DNA of 64,000 nucleotides from Gemmatimonadota bacterium (lineage in GTDB: Bacteria; Gemmatimonadota; Gemmatimonadetes; Palauibacterales; Palauibacteraceae): the NCBI GenBank assembly GCA_039589195.1, contig JBDHHV010000019.1:1323-65322 (forward strand), in the 5' to 3' direction. Of this stretch, positions 50,077-59,908 are shown piece by piece. A program made the translations under genes and the position numbers. Numbering within the stretch: the first letter of the stretch is position 1; the number at the start of each line of letters is the position of its first letter. The notes under the pieces are model-generated. The model worked only from the letters and a program-made list of their open reading frames with translations. It did no database searches and was not told the origin of the DNA.

Positions 50077-51332
50077 GCGGGCGTTTCCGTACTCGGTCGC
50101 GGTCATGTCGTAGTCCGACCACCAGTCAATTCCCTCGGAGTTGGCGACCCAGACACCCGCGTAGCGCGTCCCGGCGCTCGTGCCGTAGGCTTCGAAGTCG
50201 CTGAGTCTGGAGCCGGCGCTCCGTTGGCTCTGGGACTCCTGGTCGAACTCGGCGGCAGTGAGGTCCCGGCGCTCGGTCCAGGACCGGGTGCGTGGCTGCC
50301 AAACGTATGCGAAGCCGGGCTGGAATCCGGGAACGCGAGCGCGCTCCAGGTCCGTGAGCGTGTTCCGCTGCCTCAGTTGGCCGGAGAAACCGGAGATCAT
50401 GTAGTCGCGGATGCCCAGGGTCTCTTCTTGCGCAACATCGCTCGTGGGGGATGAGAGACCCAGACCCCAGGCCACGTCCGTCTGATCGTCGCGCAGCGAG
50501 GTGGCGAGGCACGCGCCGGAGGAAGCGGGGGGCGCAGAGAGGTCATGGGCCCGGGGGCGGTCGGCAGGTTCGACGGCGGGGTCAGGTTGGCGCCGGGCGT
50601 GTTGGGGTTGGTCACCGGCCCCGTGAGCGCGGCTCGGGCCGCGCTCACGGCACCCGGGCGGACCCAGATGAGCCCGGAGCCGACCCGGGGGCTGCTGCTG
50701 TCGATGCGCAGCCGGTCTGTTCCGACGAGCGTGAACTGAGCCTGGTAGTAGCTGCCGTTGGGCCCGAGAACCTGGAGCGTGTTCCCCCCGATGTTCTGCC
50801 AGAGCCTGCTGCCGACCCGCAGACTGCGAGGAGCGGCGGCCGGCAGGTAGCGGACGGAACCCTGGGTCCCTGCGACCCGGACCTGTATACCGTCGTCGGG
50901 CGCCCCCGGGGTGGCGATCCGCACCCAGTCGCCGTCGATGGAGGGTCCGGCGCGGCTCCACGTCTGGTCGTTCCCCGCGCCGGTATGCTGGATGTCGAGG
51001 TGAAGCGTATTCGTCCCCTGGAGCGCGAGCCGCGCCGGGTAATAGGTGCCGTCGCTACCGCGAACCTGAAGCGATCCGTTGCTCTGAATCCCCTGCCAGA
51101 GAATCTGTCCGACCTGGAAAGTCCGACCGGCCGTCGGCGGGACCGCGGTCAGTAGTGCACCGTTCACGTCGATGCTGATCCGCATCCGGTCGTTCGGATC
51201 GTTGTTGCTGTCGATTCGAACCCAGTCGCCCTTGAGCGACTGACCTCCCACGACTTGGGCCACCGTCGCGGGGGGCGTCATCAGGTATAGTGCGAGCGGA
51301 GCCAATACCCTGAGTTTCGCCGTCGAAGCCAT
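50077..51332 (-). pseudogene. Upstream portion of the same locus: signal peptide, two roughly 95-aa GDWVRI... domains, and further RYAGVW-type repeats. It is separated from the hydrolase ORF by an in-frame TAG (50074-50076) and contains a frameshift near 50500-50560
   Basis: Signal peptide MASTAKLRVLAPLALYLMTPPATVAQ. The repeat ...LSDFEAYGTSAGTRYAGVWVAN... continues in frame across the TAG into MSGGYRPVDLEGYATPGGIRWAAVW. Confidence 0.45.
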
Positions 51333-51513
51333 GTACCCTCCCTGGATTGCCGAATGGAACACCCCTGACCGGGTAGATTCGGCCGACGCGCCTGTAGAGC
51401 GCGAAACAGGGAGACTGCCCGCCACACGGCGCCGTGTTCGCCGAGGACACTGAGGTGGGGCTCGACGGTCAACGGGGGCGAGAGGAGATCCGTGCGGCGG
51501 GTCCTCGAGTGGG

Positions 51514-53232
51514 CTAGCGGTCCCGTCGTATTCGATACACGACGTTGTCGCGGTCGCCCGTCACGAAGATCGTGCCGGCTTGGTCGGTGACTACATCGCT
51601 GAACACCCAGGTCGGAGGGGCGGTCGCCGGACCCTCCAGGCCCACCGCGAGTCCGGTGGCTACCGCTTCGACCTCGGCGCTCCCGATCGGGATGCGCACG
51701 AGCTGCCGCCGCCCCGTCTCGACGACCAGGAGGCTGCCATCGGGAGCCAGAGTGATCCCTTCGGGGGCCGACAGACCGATCGCGACCGGGAGGGGCGTCC
51801 AGTTCGGCTCCCCCTCCGAAAGCACCTTGAGCACCTTTCCTGCACTACGATCGGTGATCCACAGGCTTCCCTCGTGCACCGCGATCCCCGCGGGCACGCC
51901 CAGTCCTGTGGCGAGCGTGTCACGGGCGCCAGGATCGCCGTCCCTGAGCCGGATCAGCCGCCCATCTCCTGGGCCGGCCCCCATCTCGGCCACGACGAGG
52001 TCTCCATCGATGCCGACCGCGTTCAGGGGCGTGGCGAAGTCGGCGTACGTGGCGATGGCGGTCCGGGTTCGCGGATCCCAAACCTGGACGGCGTTCGAGA
52101 CCCAGGACGTGATCACCAGGTTGCCGTTCCCGTCCGGGTGGACCGTCATCGGTGCGATAACGGCAGCCGGGTCGCCGATGAAGTGGGTCTCGACGCCCAT
52201 TGCCTCTCCGGACTCCGGGTCGAATGCGCGCAACGAGAGCAGATCGGCGACGTACAACGTACCATCTGTCGCACCGCCCGTCTGTCCCGGCGACAGCGCC
52301 AAACCGCCGGGCGCGATCATCCCGCCGGGTGACACGAGGCGCGTCGAGAGGTCGTCCATGACCTCGTAGACGGAACCATCGCGCGCGTGGGAGACGAACA
52401 GCCGATCCGCCGAGTCGAACGCGAGGTTGTCGGGCGCGGGGGGCACCCGTCCCACGACCTCACGCTCTCCACTACCGACGTCGATGCGCCACACCTCGCC
52501 CGTGGTGTACTCCGTCGCATACAATCGGCCGCGCGAGTCGAACTTCACCGCCGAGACGATGTTGAAGCCGTCCGCTACGGTTGTCGTCGCCCCCGTACCC
52601 GGATCCACCCGCACGATGCTCCCCCGAGTCCAGATGGGTCCGTAAACCAGCCCGTCAGGTCCCCAGTCCATCCCGTTCATCCAACCGGGAGCCTCGAGAA
52701 TCATGCGTGGCTCCTGAACGAGCGCCGGGTCGAGCTCGTACAGGCCATCTCCGAAGAAGTCGAGCGCCACGAACAGGCGCCCGTCGTCGGAAAACGTGAT
52801 GGGGTTCACACCGGGTGCGACGAATTGACCGCGCTTCTCTCCATCGCGGCCGATCCGGCCCACCTCGCCGGTGAAGATGGCGGTCCAATACACGGAGCCA
52901 TCTTCAGCGATGGCGACGTCGTCCGGCGTCTCTACTCCATCCGCGGGTCCGTAGCGGTGCACCACCGCTCCGGACTCGGGATCGAGCGCGACCAACTCAC
53001 GCCCGAAGACGCTCGCCACCCATAGACGACCTTCGGAGTCGAAGTGGATCCCGTTCGCGCTATGGAGCGCCGCACCCTGCACCAGCACGGTGGCGCTGCC
53101 ACTCTCGAGCACGACGGGGCCAGTGCTCGCTGGATCAGCCGTCTCGCTCGGACGGTCCGCGCACGAGAACAGCGCGAGGGTAAGGAGCGTGGCGGCGCCG
53201 GGGCCGCGGGTCCGCCCGGATCGGGTCACCAT
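51514..53232 (-). CDS. Lipoprotein with tandem beta-propeller (NHL / SMP-30-gluconolactonase-like) repeats
   Basis: Lipobox LALFSCAD. Repeated ...DG.LYVAD / GP.GI... blades. Confidence 0.65.
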   Translation of the reverse strand: MVTRSGRTRGPGAATLLTLALFSCADRPSETADPASTGPVVLESGSATVLVQGAALHSANGIHFDSEGRLWVASVFGRELVALDPESGAVVHRYGPADGVETPDDVAIAEDGSVYWTAIFTGEVGRIGRDGEKRGQFVAPGVNPITFSDDGRLFVALDFFGDGLYELDPALVQEPRMILEAPGWMNGMDWGPDGLVYGPIWTRGSIVRVDPGTGATTTVADGFNIVSAVKFDSRGRLYATEYTTGEVWRIDVGSGEREVVGRVPPAPDNLAFDSADRLFVSHARDGSVYEVMDDLSTRLVSPGGMIAPGGLALSPGQTGGATDGTLYVADLLSLRAFDPESGEAMGVETHFIGDPAAVIAPMTVHPDGNGNLVITSWVSNAVQVWDPRTRTAIATYADFATPLNAVGIDGDLVVAEMGAGPGDGRLIRLRDGDPGARDTLATGLGVPAGIAVHEGSLWITDRSAGKVLKVLSEGEPNWTPLPVAIGLSAPEGITLAPDGSLLVVETGRRQLVRIPIGSAEVEAVATGLAVGLEGPATAPPTWVFSDVVTDQAGTIFVTGDRDNVVYRIRRDR

Positions 53233-54467
53233 GGGCGGAAGAGGAGCCCGGTCGGCACTTTCGGGGAGAAGTACGTCGTCTTGGCCGGCAGCCGCGTGCC
53301 ATCGGAGACGGCGTCGCGCACGGCGTCGACACCCACGGGCGGAAGAAGGAAAGCCGCCCCATGGTCCTCGACAGCGCTCGCGGCGTCGGCCGGTTCACGA
53401 TGGTACGTGAGGACGCCGTCTCGCGCGGCGTCATCCGCAGAGGTCCCGAGCGCGGCCTCGAGCACCAGGTGATCGAAGATAGCGGCACCGATTCGAGCAC
53501 GCGCCGGAGCGATCCCGGCCTTCTCGACCGCGCTCGCCCGCGGGCGGAGCAAGAAGGCGTCCCTCCCACCAGCGGTGACCAGTCCGAGCGCGGCGTCCCC
53601 GGCGGCAGCCACTCGCCTGGCGGCATCCCCCGGATCCAGGCCCGGAAGCGGCTCGATCTCGAAGCCATCCGCGAGCGCTTCGACCCAGTTCCCGCCCGGG
53701 GGAGGCGTCGCCAATGCCCGGTGTGTAGGCAAGACCGTGAGCCCGGGATCCAACTCGCTCACGACGCAGCACAGGGTCCGCTGCGCACCGTCCTCCTCGG
53801 GCCGTGCGGCGGCCGCAGCCAGGGCCGTTTCGTAACGGTGGTGTCCGTCCGCGATCAAGAGCGGGCCACGGCTGGCGAGCGCGCAAAGCCGGGTGGCCTC
53901 CGCCTCGTCGGACACGCGCCACAACGTGTGGCGGATACCGTCGGGGGTCGCGCCGTCCAGGGCGGGGGGTGCGGATTCGATTGCCCGAAGCGCCTCGATC
54001 AGCGCGCCATCGCCGTCCTCTCCGATCACGAAGATCGGCGAGAGCTGAGCTCGGCACGCTAGAGACAACGCCAGTCGGTCTTCTTTCGGCCCGCGGTGTG
54101 TGCGCTCGTGTGGAAGCACCTCACCGGCTTCGAACGGCGCCAGACGAAGCGCGGCGAACAATGCCCTGCGATCCACGCGGGCGCCGTCATCCTCGTACGT
54201 CTGCCGGTATGCGTAGACCGAGGGCGAGGGATCGCGCTCCAGGACGCGGTCGGTTTCCCAGTCCGCCAGGCGGCGGGCGGCGAGCCGGTATCGCTCCGGG
54301 GCCTCTCCCTCGGGAAGGACAAGCCGCACGCAGTTGAACGGGCCCCGCTCTCGAAGGGCCTCGGCTTCCTCGGGTCCGATGACGTCGTAGGGGGGCGCGA
54401 GAAGATCAGCCGGCTGACCGGCGAGCCGGTCGAAGCGTAGCGCGCGAAACGGCGCGAGGTCGGGCAC
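53226..54467 (-). CDS. DUF1015 domain protein
   Basis: Conserved PHERTHRGPKEDR, ADGHHRYETA and ...YFSPKVPTGLL. The GTG start at 54465-54467 gives MPDLAPFRALRF... Confidence 0.75.
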   Translation of the reverse strand: MPDLAPFRALRFDRLAGQPADLLAPPYDVIGPEEAEALRERGPFNCVRLVLPEGEAPERYRLAARRLADWETDRVLERDPSPSVYAYRQTYEDDGARVDRRALFAALRLAPFEAGEVLPHERTHRGPKEDRLALSLACRAQLSPIFVIGEDGDGALIEALRAIESAPPALDGATPDGIRHTLWRVSDEAEATRLCALASRGPLLIADGHHRYETALAAAAARPEEDGAQRTLCCVVSELDPGLTVLPTHRALATPPPGGNWVEALADGFEIEPLPGLDPGDAARRVAAAGDAALGLVTAGGRDAFLLRPRASAVEKAGIAPARARIGAAIFDHLVLEAALGTSADDAARDGVLTYHREPADAASAVEDHGAAFLLPPVGVDAVRDAVSDGTRLPAKTTYFSPKVPTGLLFRPW

Positions 54468-54505
54468 GCTGCCTCCCGTGTCTCGAGGTGGCCTGGACGA
54501 GCCAG

Positions 54506-55684
54506 TCAACGCAGCCGGACCCACCCGTACAGCGCTACCATGGCGAGGATGATCGCGAGCCCCACGATCTGCACGACCCGGCGCTGGCGGAGCCCTCCCC
54601 CCATCGCCTCGTCGGGAAGGGCCTGGGTGCGCGTGATGGCTCCGGCTCGGATGTCGAACACCCACGCGAGGATGAGGGCGACCGGGAAACCGGCCAGCAC
54701 GGTGATGACCACCGCCGGATTGATCCACGATGGGAGGTCGAAGGGTTCGGTCAGGTTGTTGATACCCTCGACGGCGATGAACGCGGCCAGGGTGTAGGCG
54801 ACGGCGACCTTGTACACGTGACGGCGCTTGAGCTCGGCAAGGAAGGCGGCAAGGACCGTGGTCGGCGGACTGTCGGGCATCTCGTCCGGGGTCGCCATCA
54901 AGAGGTGCGCGACCTCCGCGGCCGACGGCCGGTGCTCGGGCCGCTTGGCCAGGCAGCGGTTCAGGAGGTCCGCCAACGCCGGGTCGGTGCCCGGGCGGAG
55001 CGTCTCGAGCGGCCTCGGCGCCTGTCTCAGGTGTGCCGCGGCAAGCTCGGGGTTCGACGACGCCTCATAGGGGCTCCCGAGTGTGAGAAGCTCGTAGCCC
55101 AGCATGCCGAGCGAGTACACATCGGCGAGCTCTGTCAGCGGCTCACCCAACAGATGCTCGGGCGACACGTAGCGCATGTCCCCGAGCACCTCGCCCTGTA
55201 CGGTGAGCCGGGCCGAACTGTCGTCCTGCCCGGTGTCCCGAATCGCCGCCACGCCGAAGTCCGTCAAGACGATACGCCCGGTCCCCTTGTCGAGCAGCAC
55301 GTTGGCGGGCTTCACATCGCGGTGGATGATCTCCTCCGCGTGAGCCGCAGCCAGGGCGGCGGCGATGCCGGAAAGCGTCACTCGCGCGTCGTCCTCGGAC
55401 ATCGGGCCTCCCGCCTGGAGCGCGTCCTCCAGGTTGCGGCCTTCGATGTACTCCATCACGAAATACGGCACGTCGGTGGAAAGACGGCCGACCTGGTACA
55501 CGGAGGTCACGTTCGTGTGGGAGATCTTCGCGGCCGAACGCGCTTCGCGCTCGAAGCGGCGTCGCACCTTCTCGTCTCGTGCGGGCTGGGGCGACAGGAC
55601 CTTCACGGCCACCGGGCGGTCGAGGGCCGTTTCGCGGGCGAGATACACGCTCGCCACCGAACCGCGACCCAGGAGGCGAATCAC
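54506..55684 (-). CDS. Serine/threonine protein kinase with C-terminal transmembrane tail
   Basis: GRGSVASVY..AVKVL, HRDVKPANVLL, DFG, and a hydrophobic C-terminal segment. The kinase-like sequence continues upstream of the annotated GTG. Confidence 0.85.
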   Translation of the reverse strand: MIRLLGRGSVASVYLARETALDRPVAVKVLSPQPARDEKVRRRFEREARSAAKISHTNVTSVYQVGRLSTDVPYFVMEYIEGRNLEDALQAGGPMSEDDARVTLSGIAAALAAAHAEEIIHRDVKPANVLLDKGTGRIVLTDFGVAAIRDTGQDDSSARLTVQGEVLGDMRYVSPEHLLGEPLTELADVYSLGMLGYELLTLGSPYEASSNPELAAAHLRQAPRPLETLRPGTDPALADLLNRCLAKRPEHRPSAAEVAHLLMATPDEMPDSPPTTVLAAFLAELKRRHVYKVAVAYTLAAFIAVEGINNLTEPFDLPSWINPAVVITVLAGFPVALILAWVFDIRAGAITRTQALPDEAMGGGLRQRRVVQIVGLAIILAMVALYGWVRLR

Positions 55685-55961
55685 ACGCAGGTCGGGTGCG
55701 AGTTCCTCTCGTACCTGTGTGTCCAGGGCGTCGAGAGAGGCGGTATCGCTCAGCGGTCGCTACCTCCGTCTCAGGGGGCGTAAGGATCGGAGGCTGAGAA
55801 TAGCCGCTCGCACCGAGGTGGGCCAGAAACCCGGCGCCCAAATGCAACGCCCCGCCAGGTCGGCCCGGGGTACGCTCGCGACTCGATCGAGTCCCTCGGC
55901 GACCTGCTACATTGATCCCACGGCGACGCCGCTGGACAGTGCCGACCACGCTCGGGGAGCG

Positions 55962-56744
55962 ATGACCCAGCCGATCCAGGGACTCCTGATCGATCTCGAT
56001 GGAACTGTCTACCAGGCGCGCTCGCTGCTGCCGGGGGCGGTCGAGACGACACGTTGGCTTCGTCGACGCGGAGTACCGTTCCTGTTCACGACGAACACCA
56101 GCAGGAAATCGCGACGCGCGGTCGTCGAGTCGCTGGGCGACCTCGGCCTGGAGGCGGAGCCCGACGAGATCCTCACCGCGCCGCTCGCGGCTGCCAGATG
56201 GCTCGAAAGCGCGGGGCTCCACCGCGTGCGGCTGTTGCTCCCGCAATCCACACACGAAGATTTCGTCGGATTCGATCTGGACGCCTGCGAGCCGGAGGCC
56301 GTCGTCATCGGCGACCTCGGACCCGACTTCACGTTCGAGCTCCTGAACGGGGCCTTTCTTGCCCTCCGGGGCGGCGCGCGCCTGATCGCGATTCACAAGA
56401 ACCGGTTCTGGCTACCCGCCGCGGGACCCACGCTCGACGCAGGGCCCTTCGTGGTGGCACTCAAGTACGCGGCCCGGACCGAAGCGGTGCTGGTCGGGAA
56501 GCCGGCTCCGGCCTTCTTCGCGCTCGCAGCCCGTCTGCTCGACTTGAGACCCCACGGTTTGGCGGTGGTCGGAGACGATATCGAGTCGGACATTCGAGGT
56601 GCGCGGGATGCCGGGCTGATGGCGATCCAGGTGCGCACGGGGAAATTCGATCCCGCCCTACTCGCGGCCGTTGCTCCCGCGCTCGCCCCACACAGGGTCA
56701 TCGATTCGATCTCGGGGCTTCGTTCGATCCTCGACGAGAGCTAA
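55962..56744 (+). CDS. HAD-superfamily hydrolase, subfamily IIA (NagD-like)
   Basis: LIDLDGTVY ... FTTNTS ... GKP ... VGDDIESDI. Confidence 0.8.
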   Translation: MTQPIQGLLIDLDGTVYQARSLLPGAVETTRWLRRRGVPFLFTTNTSRKSRRAVVESLGDLGLEAEPDEILTAPLAAARWLESAGLHRVRLLLPQSTHEDFVGFDLDACEPEAVVIGDLGPDFTFELLNGAFLALRGGARLIAIHKNRFWLPAAGPTLDAGPFVVALKYAARTEAVLVGKPAPAFFALAARLLDLRPHGLAVVGDDIESDIRGARDAGLMAIQVRTGKFDPALLAAVAPALAPHRVIDSISGLRSILDES

Positions 56745-56906
56745 GGCGACCCGCCTGCCATCGCTCCGTTCGCTCCCGAGAGTCCCTTGAGGATGAGCCG
56801 CGACCGCCTCGGTTGTGGGATAGCCCCCACAGACGTAGATGGTCGGCGCCAAGATGAGCCGATTTCGGGTGTTCGCGCGCCTTGAGAGAAGAGGAGACGA
56901 TCTGAC

Positions 56907-57422
56907 ATGAGCCAGCACGCCATCAAGAAGGCCTTCGAGCGGAGCGAGAAGGCGCTGACACTCAAACCTTCGATCGGTCGCGGGACCGCGAGGACAACGG
57001 TCCGGCTCGGTGAGGGTCTGGCGTGCGAGGCCCGGGACGGACGCTGGAACCTGACCGTGGACATGTCGGAGAAATCGGGCGGCTCCGGAGCCGCTCCCGA
57101 CCCGGGCGTTTTCGGCCGGACCGCGCTCGGCAGCTGTCTGGCGATCGGGTATGCGAAATGGGCTGCGGTACGAGGCCTCTCAATCCGGCGTCTCGAAGTG
57201 GAGGTTCAGGCGGATTACGATGCGGCGCGCGAATATGGCGTCGGCGACGAGCCCCCCGGATACTCACAGGTCCGTTACGTCGTGACGGTGGAGAGCGACG
57301 CCGGCGAGGACGAAATCGTCCGGCTCCTCGATGAGGCTGATTCGTGCAGCCCGTGGCTCGGTGTATTTCTTCGCCCGATCGAGCTACGGCGCGAGCTGCG
57401 TGTCCTACAACCCGAGGAGTAG
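56907..57422 (+). CDS. OsmC/Ohr-family peroxiredoxin-like protein
   Basis: 171 aa with conserved Cys pair ...GSCLAIGY... and ...ADSCSPWLG. SD GAGGAG lies upstream. Confidence 0.75.
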   Translation: MSQHAIKKAFERSEKALTLKPSIGRGTARTTVRLGEGLACEARDGRWNLTVDMSEKSGGSGAAPDPGVFGRTALGSCLAIGYAKWAAVRGLSIRRLEVEVQADYDAAREYGVGDEPPGYSQVRYVVTVESDAGEDEIVRLLDEADSCSPWLGVFLRPIELRRELRVLQPEE

Positions 57423-57426
57423 CATC

Positions 57427-58248
57427 GTGGATCCGAGGTTACAGCGGCGTGTGCAGCGATACGGTTGGGATCGCGCGGTCGATCACTACGAGCGTCACTG
57501 GGCGCGCCAGCTCGAGCCTGCCCAGCGGAGGCTCGTGGATATGGCCGCCCTCCGTACGGGCGAGCAGGTGCTGGACATCGCCTGCGGAACAGGACTGGTC
57601 ACGTTTTCGGCGGCGGAGGACGTGGGGACCGAGGGGAAAGTCCTGGCCACGGACCTCTCCGGGGAGATGATCGACGCGATCCGGACGGATGCCACCGAAC
57701 GGGACATTACCAACGTGGCGTTCGAGCGCATGGGAGCCGAGGAATTGGATCTAGCCGACGAGTCCTTCGACGTGGCGCTGTGCGCGCTCGGCCTCATGTA
57801 TGTGCCCGACCCGATGCAGGCGATGCGCGAGATGCACAGGGTGCTCGTTTCGGGTGGCCGGGCCGTGGCGGCCGTGTGGGGTGCGCGCGCCAACTGCGGG
57901 TGGGCGGAGATCTTCCCGATCGTGGACTCGCGGGTGAGTACGGAGGTCTGTCCGCTCTTCTTCCAGCTGGGGACCGGGGCGTCGTTGGAGGCGGCCTTCC
58001 AGGGCGCGGGCTTCGTCGATATCGCGGCGGACCGGTTCGCGACGCTTCTGGACTACCCCTCGGAGGAGGAGGCGCTCGGTGCGGCGTTCGCGGGGGGGCC
58101 GGTCGCCCTGGCCTACTCGCGGTTCGACGAGCGCACGCGCGACGAAGCGCACGCGGAATACCTCGCCTCGATCGAGCCGTACCGGAACGGTCGCGGCTAT
58201 CGGATCCCGGGGGAGTTCGTCGTCGTGCGCGGCACCAAGGTCAGCTAA
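57427..58248 (+). CDS. Class I SAM-dependent methyltransferase
   Basis: Motif I VLDIACGTGLVT. GTG start sits 5 nt after the OsmC stop. Confidence 0.8.
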   Translation: MDPRLQRRVQRYGWDRAVDHYERHWARQLEPAQRRLVDMAALRTGEQVLDIACGTGLVTFSAAEDVGTEGKVLATDLSGEMIDAIRTDATERDITNVAFERMGAEELDLADESFDVALCALGLMYVPDPMQAMREMHRVLVSGGRAVAAVWGARANCGWAEIFPIVDSRVSTEVCPLFFQLGTGASLEAAFQGAGFVDIAADRFATLLDYPSEEEALGAAFAGGPVALAYSRFDERTRDEAHAEYLASIEPYRNGRGYRIPGEFVVVRGTKVS

Positions 58249-58289
58249 CAGGTCGCCGGCGGTCCGGCTGGGCGGCGGGCCTCGGCCCG

Positions 58290-59861
58290 CTAGACGCTCT
58301 CCTCGGGGAAGTTCTCCAGGGCGTGTTGAATCCTGTTCAGGAAGAACGCGGCCATCGCGCCGTCCACCACTCGGTGGTCGTAGCTGAGCCCGAAGTAGGA
58401 CCGGTGTCGGATCGCGATCACGTCACCCCCGAATTCGTCCTGAACGACGACCGGACGTTTCTCGATCACGCCGGTCCCCAGAATCGCCACCTGCGGTTGG
58501 TTGATGATCGGTGTGCCGAACAGGTTCCCGAACACGCCGACGTTGGTGATCGTGAAGGTCCCACCCTGGATGTCGTCGAAGTCGAGCTCCCTGGATCGTG
58601 CCTTCTCGGCCAGCTCGTTGGCGCCCTGGGCCAATCCCACGAGGCTCAGGCGATCGGCGTTCTTGAGAACGGGAACGATGAGTTCCGCTCCATCATTGAT
58701 GGCTACGGCGATTCCGAGGTTCACATCGGCGTGGTACACGATCCTGGCCCCGTCCACCGAGGCATTCAGGATCGGGTACTCCCGCAGCGCCTCGATTACC
58801 GCGCGGTAGATGAACGGACCGTACGTGAGCCTTACGCCCTGATCCGCGAATCGCGCCTTGTGCTTCTGTCGTAGACGGACGATCCGCTCGAAGTCCACCT
58901 CGGTCACCGACGTGACGTGGGCCGAGACCCGCTTCGACATGAGCATGTGCTCCATCGTCCGGAGGCGGACGCGGCTCATCTCCTCGATGCGGTCGTGCTC
59001 TCGGATGGGCACCTTCGGGAGCTTGATGTCTAGCGTGGCCCCGTGGATGGGAACTCGCATGACACCGGGCTCGGCCGGGGCCGCGACTTCCGCGGGTGCG
59101 GGGGCAGGCGCCGGGGCAACCGCAGGCGCCGGGGCGCCGGGTGGCACCCTCGAGGGCGCGGTCGTCTGAGCGGCCGTCGGAGCGGGCGCGCTGGGTGGAG
59201 CGGTGGAGACGGTGGTGGTGGGAACCGTCTCCACCTCGACCGCGGCCGGGCGGTCCTCGATGTACGCGACGATGTCGTCGCGCGTTACGCGCCCCGCGAT
59301 ACCGGTGCCTGGTACTCGAGCGAGGTCGACATCGTGTTCGGCTGCGATCTTCCGCACGACCGGTGTCGACCGCGTACGCAGGCGCTCGTCGCGCGTGGCC
59401 GGACCCTCACCATCCCCGGTCGGGGTGGGGACACCCACCGGTGGCGTGAGCGTGGGTGCCGGTGGGCTCACCTCCGTCGCCTCGACCGCCGGCGCGGGAG
59501 CCGGAGCCGGTTGAGGAGCGGGGATCGGCTCAGGAGCCGGGACCGTCTCGGGCTCGGCTGCGGTGGTCTCGACGCTCGTACCCGTAGCATCAGGGACATG
59601 AGTCTCGACACCTGCCGTCGCCTCGGTCTCGATGCGCGCGACGATCGTGTTCACCTCGACGGTCTCGCCTTCCTGGACGAGGATCTCGGCCAGAAGGCCG
59701 CTCGCCGGAGCGGGGATGTCGGCGTCGACCTTGTCCGTCGAGATCTCGAACAGGTCCTCGTCGCGCTCGATGGGATCACCGACGCTCTTGAGCCATCTCG
59801 TGAGCGTTCCTTCGGCGATCGACTCGCCCATCTGAGGCATGATCACGTCGACTTTGGCCAT
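58290..59861 (-). CDS. 2-oxoacid dehydrogenase E2 (dihydrolipoyl acyltransferase) with lipoyl domain
   Basis: MAKVDVIMPQMGESIAEGTL...EISTDKVD...; Pro/Ala linkers; catalytic ...DHRVVDGA... Confidence 0.9.
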   Translation of the reverse strand: MAKVDVIMPQMGESIAEGTLTRWLKSVGDPIERDEDLFEISTDKVDADIPAPASGLLAEILVQEGETVEVNTIVARIETEATAGVETHVPDATGTSVETTAAEPETVPAPEPIPAPQPAPAPAPAVEATEVSPPAPTLTPPVGVPTPTGDGEGPATRDERLRTRSTPVVRKIAAEHDVDLARVPGTGIAGRVTRDDIVAYIEDRPAAVEVETVPTTTVSTAPPSAPAPTAAQTTAPSRVPPGAPAPAVAPAPAPAPAEVAAPAEPGVMRVPIHGATLDIKLPKVPIREHDRIEEMSRVRLRTMEHMLMSKRVSAHVTSVTEVDFERIVRLRQKHKARFADQGVRLTYGPFIYRAVIEALREYPILNASVDGARIVYHADVNLGIAVAINDGAELIVPVLKNADRLSLVGLAQGANELAEKARSRELDFDDIQGGTFTITNVGVFGNLFGTPIINQPQVAILGTGVIEKRPVVVQDEFGGDVIAIRHRSYFGLSYDHRVVDGAMAAFFLNRIQHALENFPEESV

Positions 59862-59908
59862 GTGGTCCTTCCCTGGTCTGATTCCGCCGGCGGCGTGCCG
59901 CCGCCGAC

